DNA of 63,699 bases, the filler included, from Craspedostauros australis (lineage: Eukaryota), in the NCBI GenBank assembly GCA_030167865.1. It is 9 parts of 9 records of this genome, joined end to end, with 100 filler letters (N's around TTAATTAATTAA, not from the genome) between each part and the next. Parts side by side here need not be neighbours in the genome. Positions count along the whole stretch, not along the records: positions 38,629 to 43,186 come from JALAGF010003976.1; positions 43,287 to 44,911 come from JALAGF010003979.1; positions 45,012 to 51,438 come from JALAGF010003980.1; 6 more parts are not named here. One strand, 5' to 3'. Below the pieces are notes generated by a model. That model searched no databases. It saw only the letters and a program-made list of their open reading frames with translations, and had not been told where the DNA came from. A program made the translations under genes and the position numbers. This document shows, in pieces, positions 40,999 through 51,538 of this stretch (position 1 is the stretch's first letter; the number at the start of each line of letters is the position of its first letter).

Positions 40999-42147
40999 CT
41001 ATGGTGATATCATGACATGCTGCGATGACGACCGCGACGACGCGTTGCTTCTGTTGCCGCCCTGGATGTTGACCTCTCTTGTGGGAACGCAGCAAGTGTT
41101 CCTCACAGTGGTGTTGGGGCTATTATCATCCATGACGCTCGGATCCCGCTTCTCTTGCAACGCCTCTCCTATTCTCTTCGATTCATCGTCTCTCGTGGGC
41201 GTAGCTTCTGAACCATCCCTGCACGGCATCAACTCATCCTCCGAATCAGAGTTGGCTTCAGTGGAGCTTGTGCTGCTGATCGACACTCCTCCTGATGGAT
41301 GCTTCTCTTGGTGCACCTGCGATTGCGATTGCGATGGAGTCTGCTTGTGCTTCGACTTCGGCTTCTGCGTGTGTGGTGGCATGTTGCCGTCAATGAGATA
41401 ATCCACGATGAGAACCAATTCCACATCGTCGAATGCAATCCCTGTCAGCTCGTCCACCACGTCCACGAACATCTGGAATTCATCCAAGCCCATTCCAGCA
41501 TTCTGCCCCTCTTGCTCCAACGCCACCAGCATGCAACCATAAGCGACGCGCGACGGAGTTGCCGACGTCCAACCATCCTCTTGCACCATCTCGAACACCA
41601 GCTTCCGGCATTGTCTCATCACATCCTTGCGAAGCGTCGAGCATTCCATGTGCAACAGAATGTGCGACAGCTGCTCGATGAAGCAGTGCGCCGTCGGAGG
41701 ATGCAGCTTCCATTGCAATGCCTTGAGGATCCGTGTTTCCATGTCCGCCACATCGTCATCTCGGAATGCCCCGTGGCTCAGCTTCAGCAGCTCCCTCATG
41801 GGGAACAGCTTGACTTCGTACAGCTTCATGGCCAGGTGCAACGACGTCAGAGCGACGAGCTGGTAGTCCGTCGATTCAGAGACCAATCCCTGTCTTACCG
41901 ATGAATCCGCGAGATACATCCCCACTTCGAGGATGCACGGCTTGAGATGGAAGATCTGGACGATGTTGTTCATCCACACCACGATCATCTGACGCCAGTT
42001 GGAATCCACCGCGTCTGGCACATACTTGTGAAGCATGTTCTGCTGTCTTTTGTAGGTGGACTGCTCCAACGCCATCATCACCTCCACTCGATCCTGCATG
42101 GCGGCAAGCTCTTCCGTCAGCACTTGATGCGATGATTCCTGCTTCAT
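40999..42147 (-). CDS. Cyclin, diatom-specific-cyclin-like
   Basis: Cyclin box: WRQMIVVWM..., YQLVALTSLHLAMKLYE, METRILKALQWKLHPPTAHCF. Likely ATG at 42147 (MKQESS). Confidence 0.88.
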   Translation of the reverse strand: MKQESSHQVLTEELAAMQDRVEVMMALEQSTYKRQQNMLHKYVPDAVDSNWRQMIVVWMNNIVQIFHLKPCILEVGMYLADSSVRQGLVSESTDYQLVALTSLHLAMKLYEVKLFPMRELLKLSHGAFRDDDVADMETRILKALQWKLHPPTAHCFIEQLSHILLHMECSTLRKDVMRQCRKLVFEMVQEDGWTSATPSRVAYGCMLVALEQEGQNAGMGLDEFQMFVDVVDELTGIAFDDVELVLIVDYLIDGNMPPHTQKPKSKHKQTPSQSQSQVHQEKHPSGGVSISSTSSTEANSDSEDELMPCRDGSEATPTRDDESKRIGEALQEKRDPSVMDDNSPNTTVRNTCCVPTREVNIQGGNRSNASSRSSSQHVMISP

Positions 42148-43186
42148 CGTGGATTTATGTTTCCGTGCGTGTGTGCGGATGTGTGGATGTGTCGCGTGGA
42201 TGCGTACAATTCGTGCTTGCGTGTGTACGGATTGATGATGTGCACTCGAATGGAAAGCCTGAGAGTTCTTCTGTGAGAGTCTAGATGTGATTGACGGTGA
42301 GAGAGAAGACGAGCAACGTGCCTCGCGGTGATTCCACGTTCGGTATCCTCGAACTCTTTGCGTTGTGCTGCGGTCGACGCGAGCGTGGCAGTGTAGCAGG
42401 GATGGGAGAGAGAGAGTTGACAACCTGACAATTTGTGACGTTGCGATACGCTGCGTTGCGTTGAGTTGTTGCTTTCGTTGCTGTCGTTGTGTCAGAACGC
42501 CACGAAAGATAGCTCAGTGCTTCAATAGCAATGGCCGATCAATGGACTGTTCGCTCGGCTGTCTGCTCACTTGCTTGCTTGGTCGCTTACTTGTTGTCTT
42601 GCGCTGGATGGGAAAGCCTCGAATTTGCCACAGAATGGAAGATTATGTGAGAGTTGCGGATCGTGGGAGACCACGTTCTTCGTTCTCTGTCGTTATCGTT
42701 TCTCCTGCTGTTGGGATTGGGATGAGACGTTGCGAGCCTTTCCTTCGGCTTCCTTGTGAGTGTGCGTTGATTGTCTCTCGCTTGACTTGCTGCTTACTGA
42801 TGCTTGATGCAACGCGTGGTGTGATGCTCGGCACTTTGTGTGTTGTGAATGGAACGTTGATTGCGTCGATGGCTGAATCAATGAGCGAAACGTTACGTCA
42901 ATCAATCATTTTGCTTGTTCGATGAAAGTAGCGGCGGAGACACCGCGTTCGGAAATCCACACAGTCGCACCACGGCGTAAAACGCCCTCCAAGCTCCATC
43001 AAGCTCTGCCAAGTTCCACCACAAGAGCACCCTCACAGACTGCTCCACGGCGCAGAATTCCGCGATGCGACTTGGCGATCACCACACGCAGCGTGGATCT
43101 TGCGAGCAATTTTTTGTGGCGCCCAAATTCTGCCAACATGGTCCTTCCCCACCAAAATTGTGGCGTGCGATTTTGTGTTTTTGTGT

Positions 43187-43286
43187 NNNNNNNNNNNNNN
43201 NNNNNNNNNNNNNNNNNNNNNNNNNNNNNNTTAATTAATTAANNNNNNNNNNNNNNNNNNNNNNNNNNNNNNNNNNNNNNNNNNNN
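43187..43286. other. Artificial contig-joining spacer
   Basis: 100 bp N-TTAATTAATTAA-N. Confidence 0.98.
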
Positions 43287-44911
43287 TCGCTGTCATGCAG
43301 CACTTTGTTGCGTGCCATCCATGCTTTCCACCTGACGTCCCAGAGCCCTGCCATAGCTTTCGCAATCCAGTTCGCCGGCCGTCCGGGGCTATCGTTGACC
43401 AGCATAGTGGACTCCTGAATCTTCTGCCACTGTGCTGACCATCGTCCTCGCACTAGCATGCCCCAACCCATCTCCGCTTGTTCCTCGACTGCCTTCCTCA
43501 GCTGTGGGCCGCCGTCGACAGAAACTGTCCTACCCTCGCTCCATGCACGCACCTGTCGCACAAGCTCTCTCACCATCGTTCCATCGCCTCTCGCCGCCAT
43601 CATCTGAGTTTCCCACTGCTTCAAGGCCTTGAGCCGCACCGCTACTGCCAGTGGGTGTGCGCATTGCAACACATGTTCCGTTGTCTCCTCTTGATCTTTG
43701 CATATGGGGCACTTGTCATGGCTCCAAAACTTCCACTTGCGCATGTTACGCCCGACCGGCCCAAAGCTGCACGCGTGTTTCGCCACCCATTTCCGTCTCG
43801 ACGGCTTCAGGGTTGCCATTGCCAGCCGAGCTGCATGAACGTCGACCTTTCCTGCTTCCGCCTTTTGGAGCCTGCCTACTTTGCATTGCCAGTGGACCGT
43901 CCGTCGCCCTTGAATGTATCTGCGCAACATCGGCGCCGCATCAGTGCACACCTTTCTCTTGCCGATCCATATCGCCCATTCCTGGTGGCACATTTCTTCG
44001 TCCTCATACGCCGCCGTCGCAGATTGAGCTACTCCGGCGGCTTTGTCAACGTCGTCATTCCACACCGCATACTCATCCTGCTTCACGCCTCGGTCGCGCT
44101 CAAGCTGATGGCCGTAGACATGTCGGTACGTCAGCCGTACTGTCAGCCTCCGCTGTATACTTCTGATTTCGCGGAGCACGTCAAAGTGTTGCACTGACAC
44201 GCCCACATCCCGGGTGTATTCCACAGCGTGGATCCCGGCCATTTTGTTGTCGCACGCGACGATGATTTCCTTGCCTTGTACCTCTTGACCAGCCCCGTAC
44301 GCGGCTATGATTGCCTCCACCTTTCGTAGCGCTTGTAGGATGCCGCCTATCTTGGCTCTGTATGCGCTCTGCACCTCTTCTCGCCCTGGGACTGCACCTG
44401 CCGCCGACACCTGGCCTCGCCGCTGCCCTTTGATATTGAGAGAGTATGCCGCAGTGCTCCGCCCGTTTTTGTACGATCCATCAGTACTGATGACCGCCTT
44501 GCCTTGGAGCACTGCCTCCATCCACCGTTGTTCTGACTGTCGCATCCGCGTGTTGCGCTGTTTTCCTTGGCGTCCTGCTCGGCCACCTGTGCCCACAACT
44601 CGCAGTCGTTCCGACCTCTCCCGCAGATAGACAACCCTCCAGTCTTCCGGCGGTTCCTTTGTCACTTCTTCCGATCGCACATATTCTGCTACGCCTGAGA
44701 CTTTGCCACCATTTGCGTTCCATCTTCGCCATTCGTGCGTATTCTCTCGTGTCCATATCATCCTTCCATCATCGCTGCGTATTGCGCCAACGTTTGTGAT
44801 ATCCCACATCGTCCCTTGCCGTGCAGTTGTCGCCACTCGTCGTAGTGCTTGGTCCCACAACTTCCAGTCCTTGCGCGGCACCTTGCCTTGTCGTGGCCAG
44901 CTGATGTGCCT
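43287..44911 (-). mobile_element. Non-LTR retrotransposon (LINE) fragment: RNase H plus C-terminal zinc finger, resembling diatom Ambal-type elements
   Basis: Motifs ISTDGSYK, SAYRAKIGG, IVACDNK, RHVYGHQ and WNDDVDKAA (RNase H), followed by CPICKDQEETTEHVLQC and GWGMLVRGRWSAQW...W..W.ARNKVLH, typical of LINE ORF2 C-termini. Fills the whole contig. Confidence 0.85.
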
Positions 44912-45011
44912 NNNNNNNNNNNNNNNNNNNNNNNNNNNNNNNNNNNNNNNNNNNNTTAATTAATTAANNNNNNNNNNNNNNNNNNNNNNNNNNNNNNNNN
45001 NNNNNNNNNNN
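44912..45011. other. Artificial contig-joining spacer
   Basis: 100 bp N-TTAATTAATTAA-N. Confidence 0.98.
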
Positions 45012-45679
45012 CCCACGGTCGATGGAGATGACGAGACAACATATCGTTCATTCGCAGAGTAGGTGGAGTAGACTGTCCGGTACAGTCCCACAGTGCTGTA
45101 AATGCCAATGTTGCCAAGGACTGTTAGAATCCCTGCAGCGCCGTAGGCCAAATCACTGAAGTCAACCGCCGCCGGTGTGCATTCCAGAACTGTGGTGACA
45201 GCAGAGGTGCCGTTGATGGCAACATCGAGATCGTCGACCGGCACGATCACTTCTTCGCAGACCTCGGCGTAGGTTCCCATCAGACACAGCCCCGACATGT
45301 AATTGAGCGCGTACTTGTCCTGGATCAGCGCAACGGTGGGAATCACCGTGCTCATACCGATAGCGAACGCATGAACGAAGGGTTCGATCTTCTCGGCGAT
45401 CTGTCGGTTCGTCCATTTGTAACGGATCTGAAGGTAGAAGTTGGTGGCAAGGAATGCGTTGTACACTGACGTGTATACTGAAGCGACGTTGAGAACGAAT
45501 CCGAAGGCAGTGCACGTGGTGTCGTTTCCAATTGCGACGGGGCTGATTGTGCGGTCGGCGGGCACTGCGAATAGATGCATTGCGTTGAACAGGCCGAAGA
45601 CGATGTCCCCTATCGAAAGCATGATGAGGATGCGATGATAGACCAACGATGTGTCGCGTCTGACCATGATGAGGATGAG
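45012..45679. repeat. Terminal direct repeat, copy 1 (668 bp)
   Basis: Same sequence as 50771-51438. Confidence 0.93.
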
Positions 45680-45766
45680 CGACGAACCCATCATGGAGAG
45701 CACACTGCTTACGGACATGGCAGCTGCCTGAGCGATGAACTGGGCATCAGTGCGATCCTGTCCCAT
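45012..45766 (-). CDS. 7TM receptor (cAMP-receptor/GCR1-like GPCR), 5' part, 3'-truncated by contig start
   Basis: TM1-TM5: SVSSVLSMMGSSLIL, YHRILIMLSIGDI, GNDTTCTAFGF, YNAFLATNFYLQIRYKW, EPFVHAFAIG. Confidence 0.85.
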
Positions 45767-47404
45767 GATGAAGTGTGGACGGTCAGCGATGAAGCCGACT
45801 GACCGAAGATTCGCAAACCAAGTATTCTATATGGATGCTCGCAGGCCCAATTTCCCACCTACATACAAGTGGGTACAGGTGTGGCAAAGTAAGATTGCTT
45901 GTACCAGTGGAGTCTGCAGGACGTATGGCGTATGACGGATGCTGTCCGCTGTCTGCTGGAGAGGGAAAAATATCACGAGAGGCAGAAAGAGAAAGAGAAG
46001 AAAAGAAAAGAGAGATGAGAATGATGGTGGAGTTGACAAGCGACGACAGGTGGCCTGCTCATCAGGTTCAATACATTTCGAGCATGGACAGTGCGCACTT
46101 TCGTAGCACATCGATTTTGCACACAACCTCTTGATGCAACCTCAGACGACCACAAAGTGTTAGGTCATGTTACACCTGTTGGTCTCTCACCTTGATGGGA
46201 CAGGCGCTCGGTACGAGTACGACCCAGTTGCGTACTCCCTGTCAATGCTCCAGAGAGTCTGAAGTCGCACCAACAGAAACGGATGGAAGTACCACCAAGA
46301 GAGAGGAAGACAGGAGAGCGCTGCGGAGGCGCGTCTTGACAAGAGCGTAGCGAGAGCAGGGTTGGACCTGTCAGTCCAGCTTCAATGTTTCTCTCATCAA
46401 CGGAGGGTCGATCACAACAGCTTCAGGCTGGATGCTGACTGTGGTTGGGTTGGCCACTTTGTGTTCTTTTCTTTCTGTCCCCTCTCATGGTCGATGTCCT
46501 GTGTTGCTGACCATCCACCCTTCCACTCCTGTGGCCATGTTGTGGCGATCCCGCGGTTTGTCAGGTCATGGGACACGATCGCGCTTGTGCAACAAACAAG
46601 CGACAGCCTCCTCACGCTGGGAGCGCGAAGGGCTTAGATTTTGCCGCCAATACCGTGTCCAGGTTCTCCCGTCTGCTGTCGTTCTTGGCGCTGGCGGACT
46701 TGACGCCCAACGCACGTCTGCGAGCTAAGAAGAGAAAAATCACCCCAAGACCAAATCAATCCACAATACAATGGATGACTCCTTCGAATAAAATCTTCAA
46801 TCACTGATTGAGTCGCGTTTTGCCTTCGCACAAAAAACGGACGTGGTTTGTCCTCTTCCTCACGACACGAAGCGCCACACAAATCAATCTCCTTCCATCA
46901 CAACAACTGCCCAAACAAACACCACTGTGGGTGTTGGATGGCAGATGGCATGTCTCCGAATTCATCTGGAGTGTCCAGAAGTGGTCAGGGCTGTGATGGC
47001 GAAAGAGGATTGCATCCCTTGGTCTGGATCTGCTTCAGCTGGACGGAGGCAAGTGGATAAGGTTCGACGGTCTGTGCTGCGCCGAGGCAAGGCAGATGCG
47101 CATGCTGTTCTGCTCTTGTTCTTGTGCATGAGGATGTCCATGTGGATATGCGTATCTGTGGTTGTGCCCTTCTATCATAACGCACATACGCACGTCCGGG
47201 GATGTTCTATGATCTGCTCGTGAATCTCTTGCATGCAGGTGCCGTGCACCCTGCAACTTGTGGTGTGCGCACAGACAGGCCTGTCAAGCAAAACCAGAGA
47301 GTGCCCTGCTTTGCCCAATTTCAGTGTGAATGCAGCGATCGATGCTGCATTGCTCTTCTGCTTTCTCTGCTCTCTCACACGTAATTCGTCGTTCTACATG
47401 GTGA

Positions 47405-47785
47405 TCATTGCTTGACTCTCCCCACGTAATCGATGATCTGTGCTTGCTGTCAATCGAGGTTGAAGTTCTCGAAGGTAACGGCCTCTCCATTTGATTATGG
47501 CAAGTTCGATCTGCTTGGCGATCTTTTGGTTGCTCCATTTGTGGCAGATACGAAGGTATGATGGAAGTTAGTGGCTCGGAATGCGTTGTATTACGACCTG
47601 TGCAGGTATGTACATCGAAGCTCAGTTGGCGGCAAAACCAAGCGCGTTGCAAGTGGAGTCGTTTCCGTACGCGATGGGGCTGTCCGTCCGGTCGCCCGGA
47701 ACGAGGAAGAGATGCACCGTGCTGGACAGACTCAAGATGATGTCGCCGATCGAAGGCACGACCAGGCTTCTTCGATACACCACTG
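47405..47785 (-). pseudogene. Decayed, internally deleted paralog of the cAR-like GPCR
   Basis: VYRRSLVVPSIGDIILSLSSTVHLFLVPGDRTDSPIAYGNDSTCNALGFAAN* aligns to TM2-TM3. Bases 47405-47500 (TCATTGCTTGACT...ATCGATGATC..TGTGCTTGCT) align to the gene's 3' end at 49447. Confidence 0.8.
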
Positions 47786-49446
47786 GCAGTGGTGCAAATT
47801 CATGCTTGGCCAACGCGTACCAACACGTACCTGCAACACCTCGCGAGAGTATGGCTGTCAATGTATGGACAGCAATCTCGCATGCTCCTACCATCACTCT
47901 GTCATACATAGTCGTACATCACATGGCTCGTATGTGTAAATCGCACGATCTGTGAGTATGTGTGTGTGCATGTGCATGTGCATGTGCATGCAGTGCTCCA
48001 GAGACCACACACACCCGCATCATCACCACTACGTGTCTGGGTGCCAGAGTGCGAGTGGTGGGGAATTCGTGGAGGGTCATATCTCACACTGGCCCCGTGT
48101 TGGCGTTTTTTCTGTTGCTGCGTGATGCGGAACTCGTCCAAAGTGACCATCTTGGGTGATGCGTGGCAGGGAAAGAAGTGGCGAGAGCCCCAATCGGGGA
48201 ACTCAACCTCCAAGGCGGCAAGGATTGTTCATCCATTGCAGCAACACGCCGACGAATCGAAAGCACTCCAACATGTCCTGCCTCCAATAAATCTTGTTGG
48301 CCTGACATTGTCTGGCAAAAGCACCGCAACAGGAACAAGACCAAGGACGCCAAGGACCACTTCGACGAGAAAGTCCCTGGTGGATCTTGACGGATGAAAG
48401 AGTCCGTCAATCTCGGCCAATGAAGCACAAGGGAGTGGCGTTCGCGGGTTGCTCTCTCTTTGGTGAGCCATGAATGCATCGCAGTGTGGAAAGGCCCGCA
48501 ATCACGCGACAGTCAAATCGTGGCGCGTCCACCATCCCCGCCGATGACGAGGCATCACACCAGCCAAGGATCATGGCGTCGTCTCCGGAACGATGAGCAC
48601 AATGTCTCCGGTGTCCATCATCGTGTGCCACACCATCACAGCACCGCGCTGATTTCGATCAGCGACAGCCTTGGGCCAACAAAGCATCTCGAAACAATCG
48701 CGAATGGCCCACGTGGGAACTCTGCATGCGTCCTTGGAGTACGATCCAGAGAAGAACGACCTATGATTAAGGTTCACGATCCGCAACGTGGCCACAATTT
48801 CGATCGTGTGTTGCATCACCAGGGCGAATCGACGAAATCGCCGTGTTTCTTGGAGTAAAAAGCACACCCAAACAGCAACCAAACAACACGAACCAATACT
48901 CTCATACATGATGGCCGGGGCACGGAATCATCGGACCGTCACATACCAAGCACTGCGACTAACAATGGCATGAACCATTGCCGCCAATGCCCGTCCAGGA
49001 TGGCGACATGCTCCACGAGCAGAGAGATCAGGGGAAGCAGCGGATGACGACTTCTCGATGACGTGAATCCGTTCACTTTGGTGGCTGGGACAATAGCGGT
49101 TCAGATGGTAATTGATGCACGTTGATTCGGCAACAGTTTTATGGTTGGGATAGCGAAAGCAGATGCGGAGCTACTGCAGCTGGCCGCAGCTTCGTCACCG
49201 TGATCCGATGGCACACATTTCCTCAGAGCGCACGTGGATTTGGATGTGGGCGTGCTTTTCTGCCCGCATGAAACAACATATGTTCTTTGGAGGGGCACCT
49301 GTGGATACTTTGCATCTGTAGAGATATAGTGCTATGCCTGCGAACAGACAGCAGTGCAGAGCACGACGCTCTACTGTGTCCAATCTCAGTACGAATGTGC
49401 ACATCAGTGCTATAAATCCTCTACGCCAATGTACCCTAAATACTGA

Positions 49447-51438
49447 TCATTGCTTGACTGCGCCTGTGTGATCGATGATCATGTGCTTGCTCTCAGAAGG
49501 AGTTGACGTCCTTGAAGGGAGCTGCTTCCTCGTTTGGCTTGTTTGCATCCCCTCGTTCAGTTCTGGCCCCAATCCTGTTGTCCCGCCATTGCTCCCACTT
49601 CCACTTCCACTTTCACCTTCGGCTGCTGCCGCTGGATGCCCTCCAACTCGCATGCTGCGTGTCTCGCCATCGTCTTCTGAGTCTTGATCGCTCGTTCCGT
49701 TCCCATCGGCAGTTCTATCCGCAATCGAAAGTTTGCAATTTCGAGCATTTCTCAATATCTCGGTGGACATACCGGGTCGTTGGCTATTTTCTGACTCCGG
49801 GTTGAGGCTGGGGAAGGACTTCTGCGAAAAGCTAATTCTCGATGAATCCACTTCGTTGATCGTCCAGTACAGAATCCGGAACGGGTTGAGCATCGGGGCA
49901 TCGATCTCTCGATTTCCCAAGCCTCCCTCACCAGGCACATGCGATTGAGATCGCGCTGGTGCGGCGAAGCTTCTGTTGCTCCGAGCGTGCATGCTGTCTG
50001 CGTTGATGGTCGTGGTTCCGTTCAAATCGGTGTCCTCGGAGTGGACCCCAAAGCGTGTCGACCACCTCTCTGATATGATTTGCTGAAGCCTGTGTTCTGC
50101 CATCTTCTTCGTCTTTTGGTACTTGGGCCAGATGAAGACGCCGAAGTTGAAGAAGCCTTGGAGTGGAGAAAACCACGCAAGAAGCAACAGCAACGCAAAG
50201 ATCCCTGGATGCCCAAGTCTGTCTAGCATGTCTGTTGCAAGTTCCACAACTCCCAGAGCGAATAACCACATGAATGTGTTGGCGTACACACTGGATGCAA
50301 ATGAATATGGATCGTGCGATCAGTAGTGGCGGGACCGTGCCACGAAGAAGAAGGGAGCGGGTTGGAAAGGAATGAGTACGGAAGTGGGATTCGGAGAGAG
50401 ATCGTGAGAGCGTGTGAGCTGCGGATGTATCGTGCTTTCATTCTTCTCGTCTCTGTTGCTCAACGATGCACTTCGCTACAGTCTTCCAGAAGAATAACGA
50501 ACTGAACGGGTGTGTAGATTGGCCTTCGTTGATGAATACATGTGCGCATGAATGGGTGCGTTTGACTCGATAGAAGGATCGTACATGCTGAAACATGGAA
50601 CCCAATGCAATCTGGCACACCACAATTTAACACACCGCAACACAGGACAACAGGAAACTTACATGCCATACATGACGCACTGCCATGTGACCTGTTTCAA
50701 TCGCTCCTCTTGTTGAGGGGACAGCTCCGATTTCCGTCGAGAGCTGCGAGGACGGCTCGGTGTGTCGTTGCCCACGGTCGATGGAGATGACGAGACAACA
50801 TATCGTTCATTCGCAGAGTAGGTGGAGTAGACTGTCCGGTACAGTCCCACAGTGCTGTAAATGCCAATGTTGCCAAGGACTGTTAGAATCCCTGCAGCGC
50901 CGTAGGCCAAATCACTGAAGTCAACCGCCGCCGGTGTGCATTCCAGAACTGTGGTGACAGCAGAGGTGCCGTTGATGGCAACATCGAGATCGTCGACCGG
51001 CACGATCACTTCTTCGCAGACCTCGGCGTAGGTTCCCATCAGACACAGCCCCGACATGTAATTGAGCGCGTACTTGTCCTGGATCAGCGCAACGGTGGGA
51101 ATCACCGTGCTCATACCGATAGCGAACGCATGAACGAAGGGTTCGATCTTCTCGGCGATCTGTCGGTTCGTCCATTTGTAACGGATCTGAAGGTAGAAGT
51201 TGGTGGCAAGGAATGCGTTGTACACTGACGTGTATACTGAAGCGACGTTGAGAACGAATCCGAAGGCAGTGCACGTGGTGTCGTTTCCAATTGCGACGGG
51301 GCTGATTGTGCGGTCGGCGGGCACTGCGAATAGATGCATTGCGTTGAACAGGCCGAAGACGATGTCCCCTATCGAAAGCATGATGAGGATGCGATGATAG
51401 ACCAACGATGTGTCGCGTCTGACCATGATGAGGATGAG
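49447..51438 (-). CDS. 7TM receptor (cAMP-receptor/GCR1-like GPCR), 5'-truncated; exons 51438-50663 and 50290-49447
   Basis: Intron GTAAGT..CAG 50662-50291 gives QCVMYGIVYANTFMW (TM6). TM7 FSPLQGFFNFGVFIWP is the LQGxxN motif typical of this family, followed by a long cytoplasmic tail. Confidence 0.87.
50771..51438. repeat. Terminal direct repeat, copy 2 (668 bp)
   Basis: Same sequence as 45012-45679, period 5759 bp. Confidence 0.93.
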
Positions 51439-51538
51439 NNNNNNNNNNNNNNNNNNNNNNNNNNNNNNNNNNNNNNNNNNNNTTAATTAATTAANNNNNN
51501 NNNNNNNNNNNNNNNNNNNNNNNNNNNNNNNNNNNNNN
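51439..51538. other. Artificial contig-joining spacer
   Basis: 100 bp N-TTAATTAATTAA-N. Confidence 0.98.
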
